Positions 47,328 to 56,800 of a stretch of DNA of 64,000 nucleotides are shown piece by piece; positions within the stretch are counted from its first letter, which is position 1, and every line of letters starts with the position of its first letter. A program made the position numbers and the translations under genes. Source of the DNA: a virus; the IMG/VR virus record IMGVR_UViG_3300027659_000015, positions 1 to 64,000 of that record; one strand, given 5' to 3'. Under the pieces are notes generated by a model. It worked only from the letters and a program-made list of their open reading frames with translations. It did not search any database and was not told the DNA's origin.

Positions 47328-48844
47328 TGTCATCAACAGCGGTTATGAGCAATCAAAGCTCAGCAGCTTTGATAAAATCAACATTCTGGCAAACAGGTAA
47401 TGTTAATAGATTAAACGACTGTTGTATTGATTCCGCAGGTAATGTTTACACACTTTATGAATGTAGAGAAATTCAAACCGATAATTCTTTTTGGAAATAT
47501 TCTTTACAAAAAACAAAATCTGATGGTACTGTCGCCTGGACAAAAATTTTGTATCAGGGTACTCAAAGTAATCAAATACAAAATAGTTATGTATTCATCA
47601 AAGCCATTGATAATGATTATTTGATTTTTGGTGGATCTTCATCGGCAGATGCATCATCAAAAGGTTATATTTCTAAAATAAATTCTTCTGATGGATCGGT
47701 TGCTCTGGCTAGAAATTTCACAAATACTGATGGTCGTGGGTACGGATTTCGAGGATGTCATATTGATTCATCAAAAGCTATATATTTAACTAGATATGAT
47801 TTGTATGGTTCTCCAATCATTTATAAACTCGATTATAATTGTAATTTAATATGGGCAAAATCATTACCGGTGGGTTTTTTTGATAGTGATGGTGCATCCA
47901 ATGAATATATTCCGATTGGTTTTTTTGGAAATTCTTTAGGCCAAACAGTGTGGTGTGGTAATTTTTATGGATATTTGGCGAGGAATGGATCTCCAGGAAA
48001 TAAGTACTGGAAACAATCAACTATGCTTTTTTCATTGGACAGTAATGGTAATCTTGTTTATTTGAAATTTGTAAAACCAATGCAGTTTTATTCTGGTTTT
48101 TTAGATGAATCTGGTGTTTCATACTACACCGGTTTGATGGGATATAATTATTATTCTAATGATAGCACCACTAGCAGTTATAATACCCTTAATAATAGAT
48201 ATAAAGGATTTTTAAAATTAGATGCGGCAGGAAACGTATCTTTTTATAAAACATCAATAAGCAACGATACTTCAGCGCAAAACACTTATGACGTAAGTTT
48301 GATTAACGACAAACAAGGTAATATTTACAGAATTAGTATTACACCTGATGGTTATGCAAAACCATATCTATGGATTAACAAATTTGATAGTTCCGGAAAT
48401 CTTATTTGGGGCAATTATTTAAAATTTAGTACAACTTGGCCAAACACAACAGGTGTTGGTATATGGGATAATAATGATGGCGGAACCACAACAAAAAGCG
48501 GCTTGACGCCGTGTTGGATAGAAAATAATAAATTAATCATTCCACTTACTGTTTATGCAACTGCTGCAACAACTGATACTTCCAGAAAATGGATGATACA
48601 CGTTAAACTACCAACAGATGGTTCAAAGTTGGGTTCGTATATACCAGCAACATATTTGACGATGGATTACTTAGCTCAAGATGTATCAAATAAGACTTGG
48701 GATTATTATGCAAACTCATCACCTGTAATGTCAGCAAATACACCAGGCTTGGTTACACTCTCAGATACAATAAGTGCATCACCTACAACTTATACTGTGG
48801 CAGATACAACTATATCAATTACAAATTATAAGGTGCCATTTTAA
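47327..48844 (+). CDS. beta-propeller-like putative receptor-binding protein
   Basis: IDSAGNVY, LDSNGNLV and KFDSSGNLIW repeats; KLPTDGS..G motif; resembles the 12597 ORF. Confidence 0.65.
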   Translation: MSSTAVMSNQSSAALIKSTFWQTGNVNRLNDCCIDSAGNVYTLYECREIQTDNSFWKYSLQKTKSDGTVAWTKILYQGTQSNQIQNSYVFIKAIDNDYLIFGGSSSADASSKGYISKINSSDGSVALARNFTNTDGRGYGFRGCHIDSSKAIYLTRYDLYGSPIIYKLDYNCNLIWAKSLPVGFFDSDGASNEYIPIGFFGNSLGQTVWCGNFYGYLARNGSPGNKYWKQSTMLFSLDSNGNLVYLKFVKPMQFYSGFLDESGVSYYTGLMGYNYYSNDSTTSSYNTLNNRYKGFLKLDAAGNVSFYKTSISNDTSAQNTYDVSLINDKQGNIYRISITPDGYAKPYLWINKFDSSGNLIWGNYLKFSTTWPNTTGVGIWDNNDGGTTTKSGLTPCWIENNKLIIPLTVYATAATTDTSRKWMIHVKLPTDGSKLGSYIPATYLTMDYLAQDVSNKTWDYYANSSPVMSANTPGLVTLSDTISASPTTYTVADTTISITNYKVPF

Positions 48845-48923
48845 AATTTCGAATTTTTGCGTTCCGGCTCAAGAATTTTCTCCGACAGTTTCGGGATTCC
48901 AAAAAGTGAATCCACTCCTAGAC

Positions 48924-48929
48924 TAAATA
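48924..48929 (+). promoter_or_regulatory. late promoter
   Basis: cTAAATA upstream of the 48955 ORF. Confidence 0.6.
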
Positions 48930-48954
48930 TAAGTATAATAATAAGAAGACTACT

Positions 48955-49296
48955 ATGCCAGCAGGTTACCAAGAATTATTTTTAGAACAAGGTTCGGAGT
49001 TCAACACATCCGTGACACTTGACAACGCCGATGGTTCACCTTATAGCTTGGTGAATTGTCAGGTTAAGTCATCTATGAAGAAGTCTTATTATTCAACTAA
49101 TTCCACGACAGAACTCACAGTTGACCTTAATAATCCATCACAAGGTATAATAATTTTAAGTTTAACATATAAACAAACAGCAAATATTGCTGCGGGTAGA
49201 TATGTATATGATGTTGCTGTTAAGGATTCTTCGAATACAGTATCCAGAGTTTTGGAAGGTATTGTAAACGTATCACCTAGAGTTACCGTATTTTAA
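48955..49296 (+). CDS. conserved T4-like virion protein (BppU-like Ig fold)
   Basis: L.LEQG..F, G.I.LSL....TA.I.AGRY.YDV and R.LEG.V.VSP.VT. Confidence 0.75.
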   Translation: MPAGYQELFLEQGSEFNTSVTLDNADGSPYSLVNCQVKSSMKKSYYSTNSTTELTVDLNNPSQGIIILSLTYKQTANIAAGRYVYDVAVKDSSNTVSRVLEGIVNVSPRVTVF

Positions 49297-49304
49297 GGTA
49301 GAAC

Positions 49305-49844
49305 ATGCCAACAGTAACAGTCAGACAACCAGCATCTGTCCGAGTAAAAATAGGTACATCTGCAAGACCAGAAACAGTACAAACAATTTCTTATGGTACA
49401 AAGACTTTAAGGAGTCTGAACGACCTAGGAATAACGGGTGCAAATACTGGTGATGTAATTGTGTATAATGCACAAACTGAAACTTTTAATGTCAGGCCTC
49501 TTGGTACTTCAACTCCAGTAACAGGTAATTTGTTACCATCACAACATCTAGAATATGATTTAGGATCACCAACACAGAGGTTCCGAAGTTTATATATTGG
49601 TTCAAACACAATTGATTTGGGTGGAACTATACTTAAAACTGATGCCAACACAGGTTCATTGGCCATTGCTGCTGCACCTACAGATAGATATCCAAATCCT
49701 GTAGCAATTTTGATAACACCACAAGGTGGATTTTCACCTGTACAAACGGTAGGTGGTGAAATTCCTGTTGGAGCATTAGACGCAACTGTATCAAGGTCTA
49801 TTACCTATTTGGCTTTCACAGGTGCTGATTCCGGATTCTTTTAA
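49305..49844 (+). CDS. short fibre/structural protein ending DSGFF
   Basis: L..L.D, GNLLP....YDLGS...R.RSLY...NTI.LG. Confidence 0.75.
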   Translation: MPTVTVRQPASVRVKIGTSARPETVQTISYGTKTLRSLNDLGITGANTGDVIVYNAQTETFNVRPLGTSTPVTGNLLPSQHLEYDLGSPTQRFRSLYIGSNTIDLGGTILKTDANTGSLAIAAAPTDRYPNPVAILITPQGGFSPVQTVGGEIPVGALDATVSRSITYLAFTGADSGFF

Positions 49845-50042
49845 ATGGCTAATACACACATACAAATATTAAGGTCGTATGCAAATACAGCACCAGAAAC
49901 TTTATTAGATGGTGAATTAGCGTATTCTTTTGTTTCACAAACATTGTTTATTGGTAATGTTTCCAATAATGTTGTGGGAATTGCTGGTCCGGGTTACTTA
50001 GCGAACTCAATTAGCACAATTGACGGTGGCAGTTTTTCATAA
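49845..50042 (+). CDS. 65-aa protein consisting of a fibre N-terminal module plus a DGGSF tail
   Basis: MANTHIQILRS....P..L..GELAYS.....LFIG...IDGGSFS. Confidence 0.75.
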   Translation: MANTHIQILRSYANTAPETLLDGELAYSFVSQTLFIGNVSNNVVGIAGPGYLANSISTIDGGSFS

Positions 50043-50087
50043 ATAGATAATAGGATTAAATCCAAACCAATAACAAGGATAATAATA

Positions 50088-52013
50088 ATGGCAAATACCT
50101 CAATCTTAATCAAACGTTCCACTACGTTAGGCAGACCAGTAAGCCTACAAGCTGGTGAGTTAGCGTACTCATACGCATCGAATACTATTTTTATTGGTTC
50201 ACCTGACGGTAATGGTGTTGTCAATGTTGGTGGTCAATACTACACCTCACAAATTGATGCAGCTACCAGTTCAAATACCGTAAGCACCATAGTTAAACGT
50301 GACGCAGCTGGTAACGTTTTCTTAGGCCACGCAAACGTCAGAAGTATTAGTTTCTCTGATGGTGGTGTATTAAGTAATACTTCTTTCTCAGGCAACGCAA
50401 ACTCAGCAACGCAATTCCAAACAGATAGATATATTAATGTTACTGGTGGTGACATTACTGCTTCTGCACAGTTGTTTAATGGTACTGCAAATGCAACATT
50501 AAGTGCTTCACTTAATACGATTGACGGTCTAACTGCTGGTGTCTATGGTGGTACAACAGTAATACCTATCATCCAAGTGTCTGCAAACGGTCGTGTTATG
50601 ACCATTGCCAACTCGGCAACTATCTCAACATCTTTGGGTATTGCTGGTGACACTGGTACCGATACTGTTTCACTCGCTACCGATACATTGACAATCACTG
50701 GTGGTGCAGGTCTTACATCAACCGTAACAAACAATCAAGTTTCTATTGATGTAGACAATACAGTTGTTCGTGCAAATACTGCATCATTGAATCAAACGAT
50801 TGATGGTAATATTACCATCAGCGGTAATCTTTCTGTCTTGGGTGATGTTACAAAATATGATGTAACAACAATGACAGTTGAAGATTCATTGATTGGTCTT
50901 GCAGCAAACAATTCAGGTGATGCAGTCGATATTGGTTTCGTTGGTTCATATAATGATGGTACGGCTCGTTCTGCTGGTTTGATTCGTCATGCTGGTGATG
51001 GTGCATACTATCTGTTTGATAATTATACAGGCGATCCAACAAGTAACGTAATTAACGTTTCATCTGGAACCTTCCGTCAAGCAAACTTGAGGTCAAACTT
51101 AGTTGCTGCATGGGCAAACACAACAGTATTACAAGTTGGTACATTAACAGTTGCCGGTTCGACAAACATCAAATCATTGTCATTAACTGATGCATTAACT
51201 GTTCCTAGTGGCGGTACTGGTGCAACTACATTCACCTCTGGTTCTATACTTGTTGGTGATGGTACAAGCTCATTAAAATTACTTGCAAATACAAACTTTG
51301 TTAAAACGGAAAGTGGTCCAACAACAGGCACACAAAATAATACTATCACATCTGTAACAGTAGATGCGTATGGTAGATTCACTGCTGCTACGTTCAATCA
51401 AATTTCTGGTCTAACAGTTGGCCAAGGCGGTACAGGTAAATCTACTTTTGCTGCTGGAAAAGTTGTTATTGGTAATGGCACAGGTGCTCTAGTAGAACTT
51501 GCAAATGTTACTTATGGATTGACTGGTACATTAGGTCAAGCTAAAACAATCACATCGTTAACAGTTGATGATTATGGCCGTGTAAGTGCAGCAACAGCAG
51601 AAGACATTTCTGGATTGACTGTTACACAAGGCGGTACTGGTGTAAACACATTCTCTTCTGGTAGAATGTTGATTGGTAATGGTTCTGGTGCAATTCAAAC
51701 AATTGCTAATGTTACTTACGCATTAACTGGTACACTAGGTGCTTCTAAGACAATCACAGCATTGACGGTTGATGCATACGGTCGTGTAAGTGCAGCTACT
51801 GCTTCAGATATTTCTGGATTGACTGTTACACAAGGCGGTACTGGTGCTTCTACATTTACCTCAAAAGGTATCGTATACGGTGATGGTACAAATGCTATGG
51901 CAGTTACTGCTGCAGCAGGTACGGCTGACCAAGCATGGTCTAACCAGATTCTTACAACAACTAATGCAGGTGTTCCTGTATGGACATCCTCTTTGGATGG
52001 AGGTCAATTCTAA
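50088..52013 (+). CDS. tail fibre protein with an Mtd_N-like N-terminus, V.QGGTG repeats and a DGGQF end
   Basis: MANTSILIKRS...GELAYS; LTVxQGGTG and TVDAYGR repeats; late promoter at 50040-45. Confidence 0.85.
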   Translation: MANTSILIKRSTTLGRPVSLQAGELAYSYASNTIFIGSPDGNGVVNVGGQYYTSQIDAATSSNTVSTIVKRDAAGNVFLGHANVRSISFSDGGVLSNTSFSGNANSATQFQTDRYINVTGGDITASAQLFNGTANATLSASLNTIDGLTAGVYGGTTVIPIIQVSANGRVMTIANSATISTSLGIAGDTGTDTVSLATDTLTITGGAGLTSTVTNNQVSIDVDNTVVRANTASLNQTIDGNITISGNLSVLGDVTKYDVTTMTVEDSLIGLAANNSGDAVDIGFVGSYNDGTARSAGLIRHAGDGAYYLFDNYTGDPTSNVINVSSGTFRQANLRSNLVAAWANTTVLQVGTLTVAGSTNIKSLSLTDALTVPSGGTGATTFTSGSILVGDGTSSLKLLANTNFVKTESGPTTGTQNNTITSVTVDAYGRFTAATFNQISGLTVGQGGTGKSTFAAGKVVIGNGTGALVELANVTYGLTGTLGQAKTITSLTVDDYGRVSAATAEDISGLTVTQGGTGVNTFSSGRMLIGNGSGAIQTIANVTYALTGTLGASKTITALTVDAYGRVSAATASDISGLTVTQGGTGASTFTSKGIVYGDGTNAMAVTAAAGTADQAWSNQILTTTNAGVPVWTSSLDGGQF

Positions 52014-52060
52014 GCTGACTATATAATGTAAATGTATTTTCTATATAATAGGAGTTTGAA

Positions 52061-52753
52061 ATGGGAAATGATAAGTATTTAAATCATTATGTTGAGATAT
52101 TGACCAGTACAATGACTGATTGTGTTGTTCGAAATGTCTCAATGCAAGCGAATGCTAAAATAACTGATGAGGTTGTAAAAGAACAGACTGAACAGATTGT
52201 TGAGTTGGTAAAGTTAAATGATGAACTAAAAGAAACAGTTCAACAATTAAAACAAACCAATTCTACAAATGAAAATAATGTCATAGAAGAGTTAAGGAAT
52301 AAGTTGGTTGAATCTGAAAGTCTTGTTACAAAACATAGACAAGAATATGAAGAATTGAACAACAAGTTTCGTGATTATGATAGTGTTAAGAATCAAGCAA
52401 TACACGTTGAAACTTTTAAAGGTGAATTGATTAGAGCCAGAGAAGAAACTAACCGAGTTCGAGTAGAACTTGAGAATGTAATCAACTCTACCAAGGCCGA
52501 AAATAATGGAAAAATTAATGGTATTACTGAACAGAATGAAAATTATGTTAAACAACTAATACAGTCACATGAAACCGAGAAAAGCAATCTAAACAATAAG
52601 ATTGCAGAATTGGTTGAAAAAATTGAATACTTACAACTACCTCCTGCCAAACGCAGAAAAATTGAAGAACAGCTTAATAAAGAAGTAGTATCAACGAACA
52701 TAATAAGTTTAGTTGATACTGAAAGTGTACTCAAGGATGGTGGAACGTTTTAA
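52061..52753 (+). CDS. coiled-coil protein ending DGGTF
   Basis: AGGAG SD; continuous heptad pattern. Confidence 0.8.
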   Translation: MGNDKYLNHYVEILTSTMTDCVVRNVSMQANAKITDEVVKEQTEQIVELVKLNDELKETVQQLKQTNSTNENNVIEELRNKLVESESLVTKHRQEYEELNNKFRDYDSVKNQAIHVETFKGELIRAREETNRVRVELENVINSTKAENNGKINGITEQNENYVKQLIQSHETEKSNLNNKIAELVEKIEYLQLPPAKRRKIEEQLNKEVVSTNIISLVDTESVLKDGGTF

Positions 52754-52757
52754 GTAA

Positions 52758-53231
52758 ATGTCAAACACAGCAATACAGTTAAAAAAATCAGGCGTAACAG
52801 GAAACACACCATCAGGTCTTGCATTTGGTGAGGTTGCTCTCAACTACGCCGATGGAAAACTGTATTATAAAAACAGTCTTGGTGGTAGTTCATATATTAG
52901 TAACCAATTCTCGTTTGATACAATCAACTCAAACAACTCCCTAATACTTGCGGGAGGCATTTCAGACACTCTGTCTATTGCTGCTGGTAATAATATAACC
53001 ATCAGTACTAATACCACCACAAAAACAATCACAATCAATGCTGTTGATTCTGTTACAGATGCGAGAGCATATGCACATGCCAATGCTGCGTATGCGTCTC
53101 AAAATACAACACTATCCTTTGCTACCGCAGCGTTTATTCAGGCTAATGCAGCCTTTGCCAAAGCAAATACGGGAACAACAGCTCTCGATGTGAACTCCGA
53201 TATTGTTGCATTTACTATCGCATTTAGTTGA
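52758..53231 (+). CDS. short fibre protein with an Mtd_N-like N-terminus
   Basis: IQLKKS....P..L..GEVALNY.DGKLYYK; ANAA repeats; AFTIAF end. Confidence 0.8.
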   Translation: MSNTAIQLKKSGVTGNTPSGLAFGEVALNYADGKLYYKNSLGGSSYISNQFSFDTINSNNSLILAGGISDTLSIAAGNNITISTNTTTKTITINAVDSVTDARAYAHANAAYASQNTTLSFATAAFIQANAAFAKANTGTTALDVNSDIVAFTIAFS

Positions 53232-53262
53232 TGTAATAAATAGAAGATAATAGGAAATTCAA

Positions 53263-53589
53263 ATGGCAAATACATTTAAAAATCAAGTAAAGGCGGCAGT
53301 AGGAACATCACCACAGACCATCTATACTACTGCTGTTGGTGTATCAACTACAATCATTGGTATGACGATTGCTAATCTACTGAACACAACAATAACGGCA
53401 AATGTAATTCTAAACTCTGGTGGTACAGACTATTACATGGTTAAAATGGCACCAATTGATCCAGGTAATTCTTTGATTACTATTGGTGGTGAACAAAAAT
53501 TAGTAATGACAGCCAACGATGTACTTAAAGTTTCAACAAGTAATGCTTCATCAGCTGATGTTATTTTAAGTTTATTGGAATTAACATAG
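53263..53589 (+). CDS. small beta-sandwich virion protein
   Basis: MANTFKN...IYT...GG.QKLV....D.LKV...S.LE.T; late promoter at 53237-42. Confidence 0.8.
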   Translation: MANTFKNQVKAAVGTSPQTIYTTAVGVSTTIIGMTIANLLNTTITANVILNSGGTDYYMVKMAPIDPGNSLITIGGEQKLVMTANDVLKVSTSNASSADVILSLLELT

Positions 53590-53590
53590 T

Positions 53591-53857
53591 ATGAAATTCG
53601 CATACATTGGTGACCAAGGAAATAAAGAAATACGGATAGTTGGAACTACCGCCAACAGTTCTTTCCAAAAAGCCAATTCAGCAGCAGTTGCCGCACAAGC
53701 GGCCTTCAATCAGGCCAATGCTGCATATGCCTATGCAAATACCGGTGGTGCTGGTGGAACCACAATTAATAATTATCTTGGTTTTCCTTTCCTTGATTTA
53801 GGTTTCATTAGTGAACCTATAGAGAATCGAACAGTTGATTGTGGAACACTAGCATAA
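53591..53857 (+). CDS. small structural protein ending DLG...DCGTL
   Basis: YIG N-terminus, ANxA heptads. Confidence 0.75.
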   Translation: MKFAYIGDQGNKEIRIVGTTANSSFQKANSAAVAAQAAFNQANAAYAYANTGGAGGTTINNYLGFPFLDLGFISEPIENRTVDCGTLA

Positions 53858-53886
53858 ATATTAAATAATATACGGATTAACCATTC

Positions 53887-56800
53887 ATGTCTACACAGTT
53901 ACAATTTAGAAGAGGTAATACGACACAGACAAGTGCCTTCACGGGTGCTGTGGCCGAAATTACCGTCAACACGGACAATTATAGCATTGTTGTACATGAT
54001 GGAAATACTCCTGGTGGTTTCCAGGTATCAACGGCAGCACAAGGTGCAGCTACTTTAAGTATCGCTACTGGTGCTTTCACCAAAGCCAATGCGGCTTTTG
54101 AAGCAGCCAATAATGTGGCACCACAAATTGCACCGGCTTTTAATACTGCCAATTCGGCAGGTATCTATGCTAACGGTGCCTTTACACAAGCAAATGCTTC
54201 TTATGGTCAATCAAATTCTGCTGCATCATATGCCAACTCAGCATTCACGGCAGCCAATACTGCTGATAGTAAAGCAGTTACTTCTGGTTCATATGCTAAT
54301 TCCGCTTTAACGGCAGCCAATACGGCAGAGTCAAAAGCGATAACAGCAGGATTATATGCCAACTCAGCTTTCACAGCAGCCAATACTGCTGATAGTAAAG
54401 CAGTAACAGCCGGCAGTTATGCCAACTCAGCGTTCAATACGGCTAATTCAGCATTTGATGTAGCTAATTCAGCAAGTATCTATGCTAACGGTTCTTTCAA
54501 TCAAGCCAATGCTTCATATGGCCAAGCAAACTCTGCTTCGTCATATGCTAATGCTGCTTTCTCTACGGCAAATTCTAAATTTAATTCATCTGGCGGTACA
54601 ATATCAGGTGACACACTCGTTGCTGGTAATCTAACTGTTACAGGTACAACATTCTATGCTAATACAGTAAACTTATTAGTAAAAGATAATATCATTACAT
54701 TAAATTCTAATGTAACTGGTACACCAACACAAGATTCTGGTATTGAAGTTAATCGTGGCAATCAAACAAACACAGCTTTGATATGGAGTGAATCTAAGAA
54801 ATACTGGCAGTTCACTAATGATGGTACGAACTATAGTAATATAGCTGCTTCATCAGCAGAATCATACGCTAACTCAGCATTCATTAAATCTAATTCATCA
54901 TATGGTCAGGCCAATTCAGCATCATTATATGCTAATGGAGCCTTTGAACAGGCTAATGCAGCATTTGCATCAGCTAATAATGTAGCACCACAAGTTGCAC
55001 CAGCATTTAGTACTGCAAATTCGGCTGCCTTGTATGCTAATAGTGCATTTGTCCAGGCCAATGCTTCATATGAAAAGGCAAACTCAGCTGGCATTTATGC
55101 TAATGGTTCTTTCATACAATCAAATTCTTCTTTTGGTACTGCCAATTCTGCGGCAAGTTACGCTAACTCAGCCTTCTTAGCAGCCAACACAGCAGATAGT
55201 AAAGCAGTAACAGCTGGTAGTTATGCTAATTCATCTTTCTTGGCCGCAAATACTGCTGATTCCAAGGCAGTAACAGCAGGTTCGTATGCTAACTCATCTT
55301 TCTTAGCAGCAAATACGGCAGATAGTAAAGCAATAAGTGCTGGCAGTTATGCTAACTCAGCATTTATAGCAGCCAATATAGCTGACAATAAGGCGGTAAC
55401 GACAGGTATATACGCCAACTCAGCCTTCTTAGCAGCCAATACGGCAGATTCAAAGGCAGTAAATGCCGGATCATATGCTAACTCAGCCTTTACATCAGCT
55501 AATACAGCAGACAGCAAGGCAGTAACAGCAGGATTATATGCTAACTCAGCATTCACGGCAGCCAATACGGCAGATTCAAAGGCAGTAACAGCAGGTTCTT
55601 ATGCTAACTCAGCCTTTACAGCAGCTAATACGGCAGATTCAAAGGCAGTAACAGCAGGTTCTTATGCTAACTCAGCATACACTCAGGCAAATACTGCCAC
55701 CACTAATGCAGCAACTGCTGATTCTAAAGCAGTAACATCAGGTAGTTATGCTAATTCAGCATTCACAGCAGCTAATACGGCAGATTCAAAGGCAGTAACA
55801 GCAGGTTCTTATGCTAACTCAGCCTTTACAGCAGCTAATACGGCTGATTCTAAAGCTGTTTCTGCTGGTACATATGCTAACTCTGCATATGCTCGTGCTA
55901 ATAATAGTATCAATGCAAATACTGGTGGTACAATTACCGCAGATTTGATTATTACTGGTAACTTAACAGTTCAAGGTAATACGACTTATGTTAATACACA
56001 AACAATCGCCACACAAGACTCGTTAATTCGTCTTGCTAATAATAATACTATTGGTGATACAGTTGATATTGGTATTTACGGTGCATATAATCCTGGTGGT
56101 GGTGTAAAGTATACCGGTCTTGTTAGACAAGCTGGTGCAAATTATTTCTTATTTCAAAATTTAACTACTGACCCAACCGCAAACGTATTATCTCCGGGGT
56201 CATTGACTGCTGCTAACACAGGCACATTGACTGCCAATTTAACATCGTATGCTGTTTCAATTAATGGTATTGATGTTGAAACAAATCAAACTAGAATTTT
56301 TACACAAGCAAATTCAGCATTTGCAACTGCTAATTCTGCTGGTGTTTATGCCAACTCTGCCTTTACTGCAGCTAATATATCAGACTCTAAGGCAGTTACG
56401 GCTGGCAATTATGCCAACTCGGCATTCACGGCAGCCAATACTGCTGATAGTAAAGCAGTTTCTGCTGGTTCATATGCCAACTCAGGATATATTCAAGCAA
56501 ATACGGCTACTACCAATGCAGCAACGGCTGATAGCAAAGCAGTAACAGCTGGTTCATATGCCAATTCAGCATTTGGTGTTGCTAATACTGCTGTAAGCAA
56601 TGCAGCTGGTGCTTCTCTGTATGCTAATGGCGCTTTCAGTCAAGCAAATGCCGCTTACGCAGCAGCTAATGCAGCAGGATCTAGTGCAACAGTTGTTGCT
56701 GCCTTCATACAAGCAAACTCGGCATTTGGTACGGCAAACTCAGCAGCACTCTATGCTAATGCTGCGTTCTTAGCAGCCAACAATTCTTCAGATTCTTGGG

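Noticed and set aside
52638-52662. NLS-like PPAKRRK in the coiled-coil protein
   Set aside because: The context is a bacteriophage, and a short basic motif is expected by chance.
55160-55880. CRISPR-like array
   Set aside because: The repeats are contiguous, in frame and vary at synonymous positions, with no unique spacers.
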